Source: Microbotryum violaceum (Eukaryota). Taken from it: 64,000 bases of DNA. Shown in pieces: positions 52,813-64,000 of this stretch; positions within the stretch are counted from its first letter, which is position 1, and every line of letters starts with the position of its first letter. Location of the stretch: the NCBI GenBank assembly GCA_001244265.2, contig CDLV01000008.1, forward strand, positions 496,001-560,000, in the 5' to 3' direction. The notes under the pieces were generated by a model. That model was not told where the DNA came from, made no database searches, and worked only from the letters and a program-made list of their open reading frames with translations. The translations under genes were made by a program, and so were the position numbers.

Positions 52813-54146
52813 ATGAGCGCGTGAGTAACAATCACGAGCCTCGCAACGGGGACGCTCAAGATTCTCGACGCTTCAAGTCGCATCGAGTGTGGAAAGTACC
52901 CCATGTCGTCATCCTCCACCTTCGACGCGAACGTGCCGATTTGCACACCACACCCCGAACCGGACTCCGCTGACACCGACTCCTACTCCACTCCACTCCT
53001 GCCCCAGATCCTCGTCCTTGCTTCCCCACGCTCAAGCGCCCTACATCGTCTTCACCGACTTTGACGGCACCATCACCACGTGCGTACCTCCAGGCTTCGT
53101 TCGCGAGAGCAACTTGGCAGCTCCCGAGTGACCCACCGCACACCGCAGGTAGCTCACATCCTGTCTGCATTCGTCTACAGTGAGGACTCGAACGATGCCG
53201 CCACTGACAACGTAAGTACAGATCCTGGAGAATCCACCCGGGCGTCCACTCCGCAGGCTTGACTAGGACCGGTGCTGAAGCGCTGACGGCCGAGATCAAT
53301 TCGTCTTTCCACAGCTCGGCTGTGGACCCGAGAAACGACTCGCGATCAACCTCGAGGTTCACAACGGCACCAGGAACATTAGGTCAGTCAAACCTTGGGA
53401 TCTGCATGGTCCGTTAGGGCAGGGCTTTGTGCTGATCACGATGTCGTCCTCCCAATTTTTTATTTTGGCGTGCAGGGACGCGTTCCGAGAAATAATCGAC
53501 TCGGTCGCGGCTAACAAGACCTTTGACGAGACGCGCGAGTACCTTCGCAACAGGATCAAGCTCGATGCCGGCTTCAAATCCTTCTTCGAATGGTGTAAGG
53601 CCCATGACGTCCCCGTCGTCATCGTCTCGTCCGGCATGGTCCCCATCATCCGCGCCATCATGGAAAATCTCGTCGGCAAAGAGGACGCGGCCAAGATCGA
53701 CATTATCGCCAACGACGTCGAGTACCTCCCCGACGGCAAATGGACCATCAAGTTTCGTCACCCCGAATCGGGCTTTGGCCACGACAAGTCGCGGGCGACG
53801 TCCCCTTACCGCGATCTCGAGCACAAGCCGACCCTTTTCTTTTGCGGCGACGGCGTCTCGGATCTGTCGGCTGCGCGTGCGGCGGACCTCTTGTTCGTCA
53901 AGATCGTTCCGGGCCATACGAACGACCTGTCCGTGCATTGCGATCGGGAAAAGATACCCTACGTCGCGTTCGAGCAGTTCTTGCAGGTCAAGGTCAGCCC
54001 GGATCTGACATTGGCTTCGTAGCACCTTGCACGGAGCGCAACTAATCGGAAATTCCTCTCTCCCTCCATTTCACCTCGCCCTGCAGAACGCTGTAGCGGA
54101 TGTGATCGAGAAGCGGACGACGATCGAGCAGTTGTTGAAGCAATAA
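52813..54146 (+). CDS. HAD-superfamily phosphatase, Pyp1/YNL010W (MtnX-like)
   Basis: 8-nt first exon ATGAGCGC, then IVFTDFDGTITT|EDSND, VIVSSGM, FGHDKS, FCGDGVSDLSAA. Confidence 0.88.
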
Positions 54147-54332
54147 AGCTTTTGTAGTATTCCGAGCGAGCGGTCCCACGGGCACCACATGGGGAGGATC
54201 CTATATCATCTTGATCAAGCATTGCCCCCCTGAAGAAAAAAAAGAATCCTACGAACCGATCCCTCCCCACTGTGCATTAAACGTTCATACGCCATGATCT
54301 GATTCATACACATGCGCGCCCCTTGCAAGAGC

Positions 54333-55591
54333 TCAGTCATCCCTCGCCTTGGACCTCGGTGGCGTCGACGACGACGACGTCGACATTGAAGCCGACCTCG
54401 ACCTCGGCGAACGTGAGCGCGACCGACTCGGCGATCGGGGCCGCTTGGTCCCCATGGCCTCTGCCGTCCTGGATCTCCTCGGAGAAGGCGAACGCGACAT
54501 GGGCGAACGGGAACGGGAGACGGACCGAGTCGGGGAGCGACCTCTCCCCTTTGCAGACGAGCCGGCGGCGGCACCGCGACGAGGTGGTGGGGAGCGGGAC
54601 CGCGAGTACGAGCGGGAGCGGGAGCGAGAGCGAGACGGGGAACGCGAAGGGCTGCGACCGCGTCGACGAGGCGGGGGACTGATCGATCTCGAGTCCTTCC
54701 GACGACGCACGAGAGCCTCGGGGCTCCGGCTGTACCTCTTTCGATCCGTGGTCGACCTCCTTGCTGCGGCCGACAGCGGCAGCTCGGACGAAGTGCCCGC
54801 CGGCGGTGCCCCACCCCGCCTCTCATAGTCCCTCTTGAGTCGGCTCTTCTCGTGCTCGTGCTGCTGTTTGAGCCTCTCAAGTTCTTGCTGGTGCTTGACT
54901 CGCTCTTCTTGCCGGGAGCGCTTGTCCTCCTCCTTGCGTTCCCACTCGGCCTTGCGCGCCTCCTTCAACCGCTCCTGCTCGACGCGGTCGAACGCCCTCC
55001 CCTCCACATGGTCCTTGCTGATCCCCAACGCCTTGCGCAACTTTTCATCCGCAACAGCCTTGGCCTGCGCCAATTCGTGTCGTTCGTGGGGCTGGATCAG
55101 GCCCTTTCTCTCCTTCCCTTGCGCTTCCTGGCTCTGCACCAACAGGCGTTGCCTTAGCGCGTCAACCTGTTGCTCGATCTCCTGCTCGCTCAGCACCGGC
55201 GCTTCCTGGTCCTCGAGCCGAACTTGGACTTCGAGGCATTGCACCTCGACCCTGCGCCGACGTTCGTGATCGAGGATGCCCGCATCGGGCGCACGCGAGG
55301 CGAGTCCGGTCGAAGCGCCGCCGAACGAAGTCGACGATGAGAAGGCCCCGGAGCCGTCACGCGGGGGCAGAGGGTCGCGGGCTCGCAGGTGGGACCAGTT
55401 GCGTTGGATGTGGCCGTTCGTGCCTGTTCCACGTGGGGTCGACAAGCCGACGCCGTTGTCTGTGGTGTGCAAGAGAGGGAGAGGGAGAGTAGGTGAGTAG
55501 GTGGAGGTCAACGCGGAGTCAGCAACGGGCCCAGACAGGCTCGACACTACGCCGATGACCAAACGCAGGCCCAAAGGTACGTACAGCTCAT
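54333..55591 (-). CDS. CWC21: Splicing factor Cwc21/SRRM2-like
   Basis: MS|YNGVGLSTPRGTGTNGHIQRN, PDAGILDHERRRRVEVQC, and an RS-rich tail. Confidence 0.93.
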
Positions 55592-55815
55592 GTTGAGGGT
55601 GGTGCTGGTAGAGTAGAGGGGTTGCGGGTGTGAGGCGGTGTGTGTATGTGGTCGGAACGGGTGCGAATCAAGCATTCATACGGCGAGCAAGGCGGGCACT
55701 AGCGGGCGCTAATGAGGCCATGAGGGCTGGTGACCGCGCATTCGCAGAGTATTACTAAAAGAGCTCACCCTCTCAACTCTTCGCCGATCGATCACGGGTC
55801 ACCGTGATGTTTTTT

Positions 55816-57888
55816 TTACAACATGGAATGATCTACGTTGCACGGCTCGACCGGATTCACTTCGAGATCTTGCTGATGCGAGCCCACTGTACACCCCCCA
55901 TTTCCGCAATTCGGCTCTGCGCGGGTAGGCAACGGGGTATTGCGTCGCGTCAGCTGTCGATCGCCGGACGAGACCAAGCTTTGACGGTACTGTCTTTTCA
56001 AACTCACCACAGCCCGCGCGAAAGAAAACACCTCCTCGTCGCCCGTGAAAATCGAACTCGCGCCGACGACATCGGCTGACAAGCCCTGCTCGTCCATGAG
56101 CGCGCGCTGGTGGTCCGAGATTTCATCGGTGGCGCGCTTCCCCTTTTGATCCGAAAAGACCGTCGCGATCGGCACTTCGGACAGAATAAACAATTTGGTC
56201 TGCATCAAATAATCGAACAGAAAGAACTGCTTCAGTACATCGCATCCTGCATCCGGAACTACGGAGGAAGGGCAAGACCGAGATGCCCACCTTGGCTTCG
56301 TAGGCCGCGTCGATGAATAAGATAAATCGGCGCGCCTGGTCCTTGGTGTCCAACCCCAACTGGGGTACGTCGGTCAAGAAGATCGTCTGAAACGTCTTGG
56401 TGATCTCCAGATAGTCGGATGCCGATAAGGCCTGGCCGCACAGGTCGTTAAAGCCAAACTTGGCGACCGATGACGTCGATTCGGGTACGATGATAGGTCG
56501 GCCCCAGACCGTCAGCTTGCGGTCCGAGGTCACGGGCTCGTTCGAGGTCAGGCTGTCGAACAGCTTGTTGATCTCGAGGCGATGGGCGTCGTCAATGGGC
56601 GTAAAGTAGACTTTGGACAAGGCGCGAGGCACTTTGCGGTAGTCTGTCGTCGACCAGGGTCAGGAGCGCATGTCAGCGAGCGAGGATCACGATTACGAGG
56701 GCTAGAGGATGACGGCGACTTACCAATCTCCGAGTCGAGACACTTGACCACAAAGGAGGACTTGATCAATTCGATGCAAGGTATGAACTGCTCGCGTTGA
56801 ATCCCATTCTTGTACAGGTCATCGGGGGTTCGACTGGGCACAGAGGGGAGAGAGCACCGCCAGCGATCAGTTCGACCGCTCCCGCGTGCTGACGCTCTCT
56901 TCCCTCGCATAGTCTCCTACCAAAACGCACTTGGAGGTCATGACTGTGACCACACCGTACGCATTCAGCGATTCCATCAGCCGCCGCAGGATCATGGCGT
57001 CGGCAATATCTGTGACCTGTCGGAGCCCGATTGAAACGAAGGAAAATGTCAGTTGTTGATTCTCCTACGAGAGGTCGGCTTTCGAGATAGACTCGCGCGC
57101 ACCTGGAACTCGTCGAAACAAAGCACGGTCGTCTCCTTGGCAATGTCGCGAGCTGCGAGATGGATCCAATCCTGGGCCTCGCCCTTTTCCTGCTTGATCT
57201 TGTGCCCGCGGCGATGGACGTCGACCATAAAGGCGTGGAAATGAACCCTACGTTTCGAGTGTTCGTACTTGGGCGGCAGGTGCGCGTAAAACAGGTCCAT
57301 CAGAAACGACTTACCGCACCCGACCGAGCCAAAGAGGTACAAGCCCTTCGGCAAGCGGGGTGGGGCGGGCGGCATAGGGATCGTCGCCGTGTTGGCCTGG
57401 TGCAGCTCGTCCTCCATCGTCGCAAAGAACCTTGAGCGCGAGATGCGCGTCAACAGCGACGGCTTGCGTGGTGGCGGCAGAGGTGGGATCGTCGGTGGCC
57501 TGTACGCCTCGAGTCGGTTGTACATGTCCTGCAGGAGCGCGACGATCGAGCGTTGGTGCGGGTCATCCTGGATCAAGCCCGTCGAGGCTTCATGATCGTA
57601 GGCCGCGGTCGGGCCCTGGACGTGCGCCGGTTTGGTGGGAGGGAATGCTGAGAGGTGCCGTCGAATAGAAGCCGAAGCGCTCGGATTCTTGGTAAACCCT
57701 ACAACGCGGGTCGGGGTCGAACGAGCGAGCTGGGGGGTCGCTGCCCGGTGGTGAAAGGGGTGGTGCTGGACCGCCAGGCTGCTCCGGCACGTCCCGAGCG
57801 TCGGCTGCTGTCCGAGCACCGATTGTGGGCACGAGCAAGGCCGACTTCCAACGCGTAGGACAGGTATCCGAAGAGCCGTCGACGCCAT
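55816..57888 (-). CDS. AFG1: Mitochondrial AFG1/LACE1-like ATPase
   Basis: PKGLYLFGSVGCGKSFLMDLF, RVHFHAFM, LCFDEFQ|VTDIADAMIL, PDDLYKNGIQR, ARRFILFIDAAYE. Confidence 0.95.
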
Positions 57889-58518
57889 GATCCGCGCTGC
57901 ACTCTGAGCGAGGAGCGAACCCCGTGGACTGTAACCAAGACGGTCGCGGAGCAGGAATGGAGTAGAAACCGAAAGGCTGCTTCTCCAGCTTCTCCGGGCC
58001 CAATGGGTACCCGAATCGGATCCGCGCGCCGGGGGGGGTCGGCGCGCGGGTCCTACGTGTCCTGAAATGGGTAGCACCGAGCAAAGTTGATGTGTCATGC
58101 TGCAAAGTACCGATGGGGGGATATTGTCTTTGGAAGGTCTTGATAATGGAGCATCACTCTAGACATTTCTAGTCGTCGACTGGTCCGGCAGAGTTTTCAA
58201 TGGGATCGAACCCGATCGACTTTTCTATTCGGTACTAATCTATCTTTTGGCTGCACGCGCTCCGAAGTCGGGGGCCACAGAGTCGCCTTGAAAGGAGCAG
58301 CGCTGCGTGTTCGATTTCTTCAGTTTTTTTTTTGGGGGGGGGCAACCAACGCTGTGGAGCGCAAGAAGCACTTGCAGAGCGATTTTCAGTTATTGAGCCA
58401 ATTCGATTTCTATTCCTAGACCCGTGGCCCCAGGCTTATCCCAGGCGCAGGACAGCCGCACTCCGCTTGCTGAAGCCTGCTGGAGCGTGTTGGAGCAGGA
58501 CCCCCGAAAGCCCAGCCG

Positions 58519-58651
58519 GAGGCGCATTTTTTTTTTGACATTTTGAGGACCCAAAATCCTGAAAATCGTCGAGGCGCATCGCAAAAAATTGACATTTTGG
58601 GACGAAACACACGTTTCGCCCCCGAGGCGCATGCCCAGATTTTGACATTTT
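58519..58651 (+). repeat. Three phased bipartite motifs GAGGCGCAT-N7-9-TTGACATTTT (~53-bp period)
   Basis: GAGGCGCAT at 58519, 58571 and 58624; TTGACATTTT at 58535, 58589 and 58642. Confidence 0.85.
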
Positions 58652-58911
58652 CCCGTGAGTCGGCCCAATCTTGGCCTACCCCTGAGCAGCCTACGGCATG
58701 GCTTTGGGCCCGTTTGCCTTCGCTTCGAAACGCGCTTCGCGATGCTCGCGCTTGAACAAGTCACTAGCCATTTTCGCTAATCACTTTAGTTCAGTGGCTG
58801 TTAGAGAATATTAGGGATTAGATACCCCTATCGAGTAAGATAAAAATGAGGGGGCCCCTGAGGTTCCGTTCCGCTTCACTTCGTTCTGACACTGGAGCAT
58901 AGCACGACAAA

Positions 58912-61900
58912 ATGATTCCATGCTTTGTTTCTTGACGAAGATCAGGACTACTGTTTGCACGACGATGACTTTGATCGATTATCGCCGCTCACCAACATGA
59001 CGGTTGCCGAGCTCCTCGCCTTCGATGTCGCTCCCGCCGACGCGTCTCTTCACATCGAGTTGTCCAAAGACGAGCCCACCCAGTATTCGAACTTACCCTA
59101 CCCGACTCTTCAGACCAGAGACGCGTTTCTCGCTACCGATGCTCTGATCAATGCACGCAAGAAAAGATATCGATCTTTGGCCGTCGGGTCGACGTGTTTG
59201 CCGCTCGGCGCCGATCGGCTATGGTCAGAGTACGACCGAGCAAAAGACGTTCAAAGCTGGGCGCTGCGAGCTCAACGATGGATGGACAAAATTATCGTTA
59301 TCAACGAAATTGACCGCAACCGCATCGCTGTCGCACGTCGCATACTGAACGGATTGCAATGGCAAGAGCAAGACGGGCTTCTACCATTGCCTCTTCTTGC
59401 AAGTGGAACGAGTTTGGTTTATCTCCTGAGATTCTTAAGTCAGTACACTAATCCTTCAGCTGGCCACTCGTATTCATCTCGTATCTGAGGCAACTTGCTT
59501 ATTCGCGTCTCTACCCAGGTCATGATTGGCTCGGTGAAGCCGCGGTGAACTTGTCAATTGAAAGCGTCCTTCGAGCTGAACGAGTGCAGAATCCCGATTT
59601 CGAAACATCGTATGGACTTGTACCCTCCACCGTCATCTCCTTGGTAATGGCTCGCCCTCCCGACTCGGATCCTCATTCGGTCTTCAAAGCCTGCTTTTTC
59701 GGCCCGCCAAACCAGTATCGGAATCTCATCGAGCTAGGCGATTGCATGCGCAACACGCCGACTTCAAAGTCAATCTGGTTTCTACCCCTCTGCTCCGACA
59801 GCCATTGGGTCCTGGCCCGCATCAACATGCACAAGCGGACATGGTCTGTGATCAACTCACTCTCCGCCACTCCGATCACCGCGGCTACTCGGACGGCCGT
59901 CCTTACGCTATTCAAATTTTATGAAGCTGGACATCAAAAACGAGTTCCCTCATACTCCTAAGGCGGAACAACAGGAAGACAGCTACTCGTGCGGGCCGGC
60001 TACGATCAATGCAGTGGAGACGGAGGTGCTCGGGATTGGGTCATTCAACGCAGCGCGCGCTCACATGTCACGGCTCCGTCAATTCTGACGTTTATCCTCT
60101 CTGGTTGGTGCTGTCGAGGATCCCAAAGAGATCGAATCCATCGTTGCCACGGGCGCAAAATCAAAGGCAAAGTCTGGGAGGGGATCCGCTGCCGGAACAC
60201 TGAGCAGCAAGAGCACGTCGGCAGAGTCCGGCAAGGCAGCGACAATCAAGCCAACAAATCAACGAGTCGCATCATCCTCAAAAAACCCGCCAACTTCTCG
60301 ACTTCAAACGACCTTCACCAAGGTATCGAAGCCGACGAAAGCTCGAGAGCTCACCCCGAGGAGCATACAACGTGGGCTCGCGACCATCCGCCTCTTTTCA
60401 GGAGGTTTGCTGAAGAAGTCGAAGATCTTTGTCCGGTTTCGAATGTCGACATCAACAATCCAAAGTACGTGCGGTGTGGACGTTGTTATGTCTTGGTTCC
60501 AATGGCGGCCTTGCTGTGCAAGGCACGATTTCAATTACATCTCGGCAATAAGAAGTGTGTCAACCTCCAACCCATCAGCAATTTCTTCAGACCTATCGCC
60601 TCTGGCTCAACTGCTACCAGCCCCTCGCTAGGACCGTGCCCCGGCCTTACGTCTGAAACGGCGATGCATTGTCTTTCACCGACTGCGGCGCAGGGTGGCG
60701 GGGCCCCTCCTCGACGGACGCTTTGTTTGCGCCTCTATCCCAAAATTGGTAAACGACCAATGACGGAGCTCGAGAGGAAGGAGGTGGACAAATTGGAAGC
60801 GAATGAATGGAAGTGGTGCAACGATCATCGAGCACCGCGCATCATCAGTGTGAATTGTCGCAAGTATAGCGCTCGAGATTCGATCAACAAGGACGGACCA
60901 AGCTTACGGTGTGAAGAATGCGCGAGGCTTCCTAAGGATTCATCCTGTCGAGCAGCTCTTCGACGTCAATATGCTGCTGGCGCAACTCGCAAATACACCA
61001 ACAAGAAATATGTCGCGGGCGATACACTTCTCTCGGCCATCTACCGGCGACATCATGGACTAGAAGAGATCCTGGATGACAACGGTCAAGGGACCGTGTA
61101 TCTACGATTCGCGCAAGGTGTGGCCTCAGGAGAATTTGACGGAGCGAACATCTTGGAGGGATTGGTGAAAGCGGCTACGGTCAAGCACGATCGGATGGTC
61201 AAGGACAAATCAATGCGAGGCTTTGTGCGGTCCGAAGCGCTGCGTGACTTCGAGCAAGCCATGGCGCTGGCGTCTCCGATGGCTCTGAGAGTGCTGCAGG
61301 CTACAATCGGCGCATCCATAAGCCGAAAACTGCAGTGAGTACCGTCATTTTTTCGTTCCTTCAATTCAACCTCATACTGAATGATCGAGGTGCTTGCAGA
61401 ATGGACCGAGCGACATCAGGCAGGATGCGCCTCGCCCTCGACAAGTCCAACATGGATCGTGTTTGCGCGAAACTCGAAGCAGCCGGCCTAACGTTCAATT
61501 TGCACGTAAACGACACGAAGTGTCGATCCAGGATGCGAACCACTCCATACTACTCAGAAGACCTCAGTTTAGAGCGCGAACTACGTACAAAGGGCATATT
61601 CCGCCACGAGCTGATCGGATCAATTGGTCCGCCACGCATCTACGAAACTCCGGGTGAACTCCCTGATATGTTCAGCGGACCTGACCCCCCGGTTGCTGGA
61701 ACCAAAGTGAGTGACAATGGTTCTTTTAAGTTTGTACTTCATTTCCATGAGGCTTTTAACATGTGTCGCCTCTTCATTCAGATCCGAGCTTACATGATAG
61801 CACCGAACGATGTTGGCTCCCCAGCACAGGTGTTTGCCGCTTTTGTGATCGGCGAAACTACGAACGCGGAGGACGCGACCGAACAGTTACATTCAGTGAT

Positions 61901-64000
61901 ACAAGAATTAATAAAACGTTGCGTCGCACACCTTCTGGTATCCATCTCCGCAGATGGTGCGGCAAGCGAGGGTGTGCTGCAACGTAATGTTGCCGTCCTT
62001 CTGCGCGATCAGGGTGGCGCTGTTGCTCAAACCGGATTAAGGAACGCGTCATCATACACCCTCCCCTCCCCAGATCCGGACGGAGTGTTTCCTGAGATCA
62101 CTATATCGACCGTCAACGTCGCGGGAACGCCGATAGTCTTCTGTCGGGACGAAAAACACCTGGCCAAATGTCTGAGGAACGCTATCGACTCTGGAGCAAG
62201 ATTGCTGTTCGGTGGTCTCGGATGCATTGCCTACCAGGATATGCTCACCATCCTGGGCGGACTGGAGTCGCGTCGTACTCTGTCTCGTCGTGATATGATC
62301 GGGCGTGATCGTCAAGACGACAATGCAACACATCGGGCATTCTCCAAGGCGACGCTCGAACTCGTAACCGAACTCGCTGAAGACAAAAAACTCGACCCCG
62401 ATGCGGTCGTATATCTCTTCCTATGTGGCGAGTTACACGATGCCATCCAGAACCGGTCGCTTCAGCCCCTTGAACGTATCAGGATGTTGCTCGTTGTCAG
62501 GTATACGTTCGAGGCGTGGTATGACTTTGTCCGAAGTCGCCCCGGATCTAGCTCTCACTCGTTCCTTGCCAAAGAAACGCTTGATGGGGTCAGGAAGATG
62601 GTTGACTCAACGATTGCTCTCGTCCGCAACTACCGAGATTTTTGGCCGAAGGAATCCTTCATTCCCTGGCGGCATGGCACAGAAATGGTGGAGCACTTCT
62701 TCGGGGTATATGCCAGATTGTAAAGGAGTTCGATGCTCTAGAGTTCTTGCAGGTGCGTTCTTCATAAATCAATCTAATCTATACAGTAGTTAACCCGGCT
62801 AGAATCCGACAGGCAACTGGCAAAGTCACTGCACTCTTGGAGCTCATGAGGAAGTTTAAGACCGAGGCGGCGGGATCACGTCAAGGCTACCGTCATACCT
62901 ACAACGACCTCAACGATCTTGACCTTGTTGCGATGCGAACGTACCCCAGTGATGGCGACATCTCTCTCACCAGTTTTGCAGCGGCAAATACTGCGCGTGA
63001 ACTGCTTTCAGGTTTACGCATGTGGGAGCCTGTGCAACGCATCGCGTCCAACAGACGCAACCAAGGTCCGCAACCTGACATACTCGTCGAGGACGTACTC
63101 GCCCATGGCACAACAGTTCAAGGTAGTTCCGAACGACTTGGTCTACAAGTGATGCGTATCTGACACGGGATACCATGCGCACTTGAAGTAGATCTTGAAG
63201 ACCATCATCCTACCAAGGAAGATCAAGGTCTGCTCCGCACCGAATTGCAGGATTCTGCTCTTGATGGCATGCGGCGTAGCACGTGCGAAGGTGTTGTGAA
63301 ACTGGACCCAAACGAGCGGGAAGCTGTCGACCGTGCAATTCGATCGCTTGCAGCTCAGGACTTTGACGTTGAGGCAGCCTTGTGAGTGGACACTTTTCTG
63401 TGCCACGTGCGCTGAAGCGTTCTTCTACCTTTTAATCCGGACCTCATATGGTTCTCCTTTCTCATTGGCCAGACTCGACGTGCAAATCGCTTACGACGAA
63501 GCTGACAGACAAGCTGAGGAACGCTACGTACTCGAGACCATTGAGAAGGCAAACAGCTCATTACGTCCAATCGTGCGTCTACCAAGCTTAACTAGCGTAA
63601 TTTCGATCTGAACTCATGCATCTTCGGTACTATAGAGCCTACACACTTGAAACTTCCGCCTCTTGTTGATGCTCGCGATACCAGTTTCTCGCTGAACTGG
63701 GCCAGCTTGATTGCCCTTCGAGCTGCTCATGAGTGTAGCCACCTCAGAGCTGTTCTACTCAAAGGGAGGCCAATGGAATTGAGCCACACAAGTCGCGGAG
63801 AGGCAGGCTTTGAGATTAGCAATACAGAGCAAGGACGCAGTGCAGTACATTCACGCGTCTTGAAAGGGTTGGTGCAGTCCATGGGACCATCTCGCTTCGA
63901 AGACATTGCGGGCACCGCAAAGAGCTTTCGCTGGACTGGAGGTGGCCAGGTGGCCCGAGCGCTCACAACAAACGAGATTCAGAAGAACGCCTATATTGAG
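58912..64000 (+). mobile_element. Decayed DNA-transposon-like gene: Ulp1/C48 protease + Cys/His region + P-element/THAP9-like DDE domain (continues past the window)
   Basis: Protease motifs RFLS|HDWL, LPLCSDSHWVLARI...INSL, QQEDSYSCG. Zinc-finger-like VRCGRC...H...C. Transposase-like motifs VNDTK, SISADG, RDEKHLAKCLRN, DRQDDNATHRAFS, GTEMVEHFFG. GT-AG introns; frameshifts near 59930, 60355 and 62710; stop at 60086. Confidence 0.65.

Noticed and set aside
58198-58220. tRNA T-loop-like GGTTCGATCCC on the minus strand
   Set aside because: No complete T-stem or cloverleaf.

Overview
Intron-rich (GT-AG, CTRAC branch points), gene-dense fungal DNA. It most likely comes from a basidiomycete, plausibly Pucciniomycotina/Microbotryomycetes; this is inferred from gene structure and protein similarity only. 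About 22 host genes are recognisable: Rud3-like golgin, ALDH, JAC1, SDH5, RPL28, RPB11, NDUFAF2-like, H2B/H2A, Rid family, M17 aminopeptidase, SNT1-like, VMA22, mL41, SEC23, a TPT-family transporter, an LRR protein, a PYP1-like HAD phosphatase, CWC21, AFG1 and small orphans. Three decayed transposons are interspersed: an L1/Tx1-type LINE (3.1-7.3 kb), a spliced Helitron (34.5-39.5 kb), and, from ~58.3 kb past the window end, a DNA-transposon-like gene joining a Ulp1/C48-type protease, a Cys/His zinc-finger region and a P-element/THAP9-like DDE domain, preceded by three phased bipartite repeats. A divergent fragment of that same family lies beside the Helitron. Other highlights: a box C/D snoRNA with a 16-nt 18S rRNA guide in the RPB11 5'-UTR intron, a 5'-decapitated TFIIE-alpha gene fused to a 65-bp tandem module, a SEC23 start codon split by an intron, and a head-to-head JAC1-SDH5 pair. 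All family calls come from motif recognition by eye; no database searches were run, and exon coordinates are manual.
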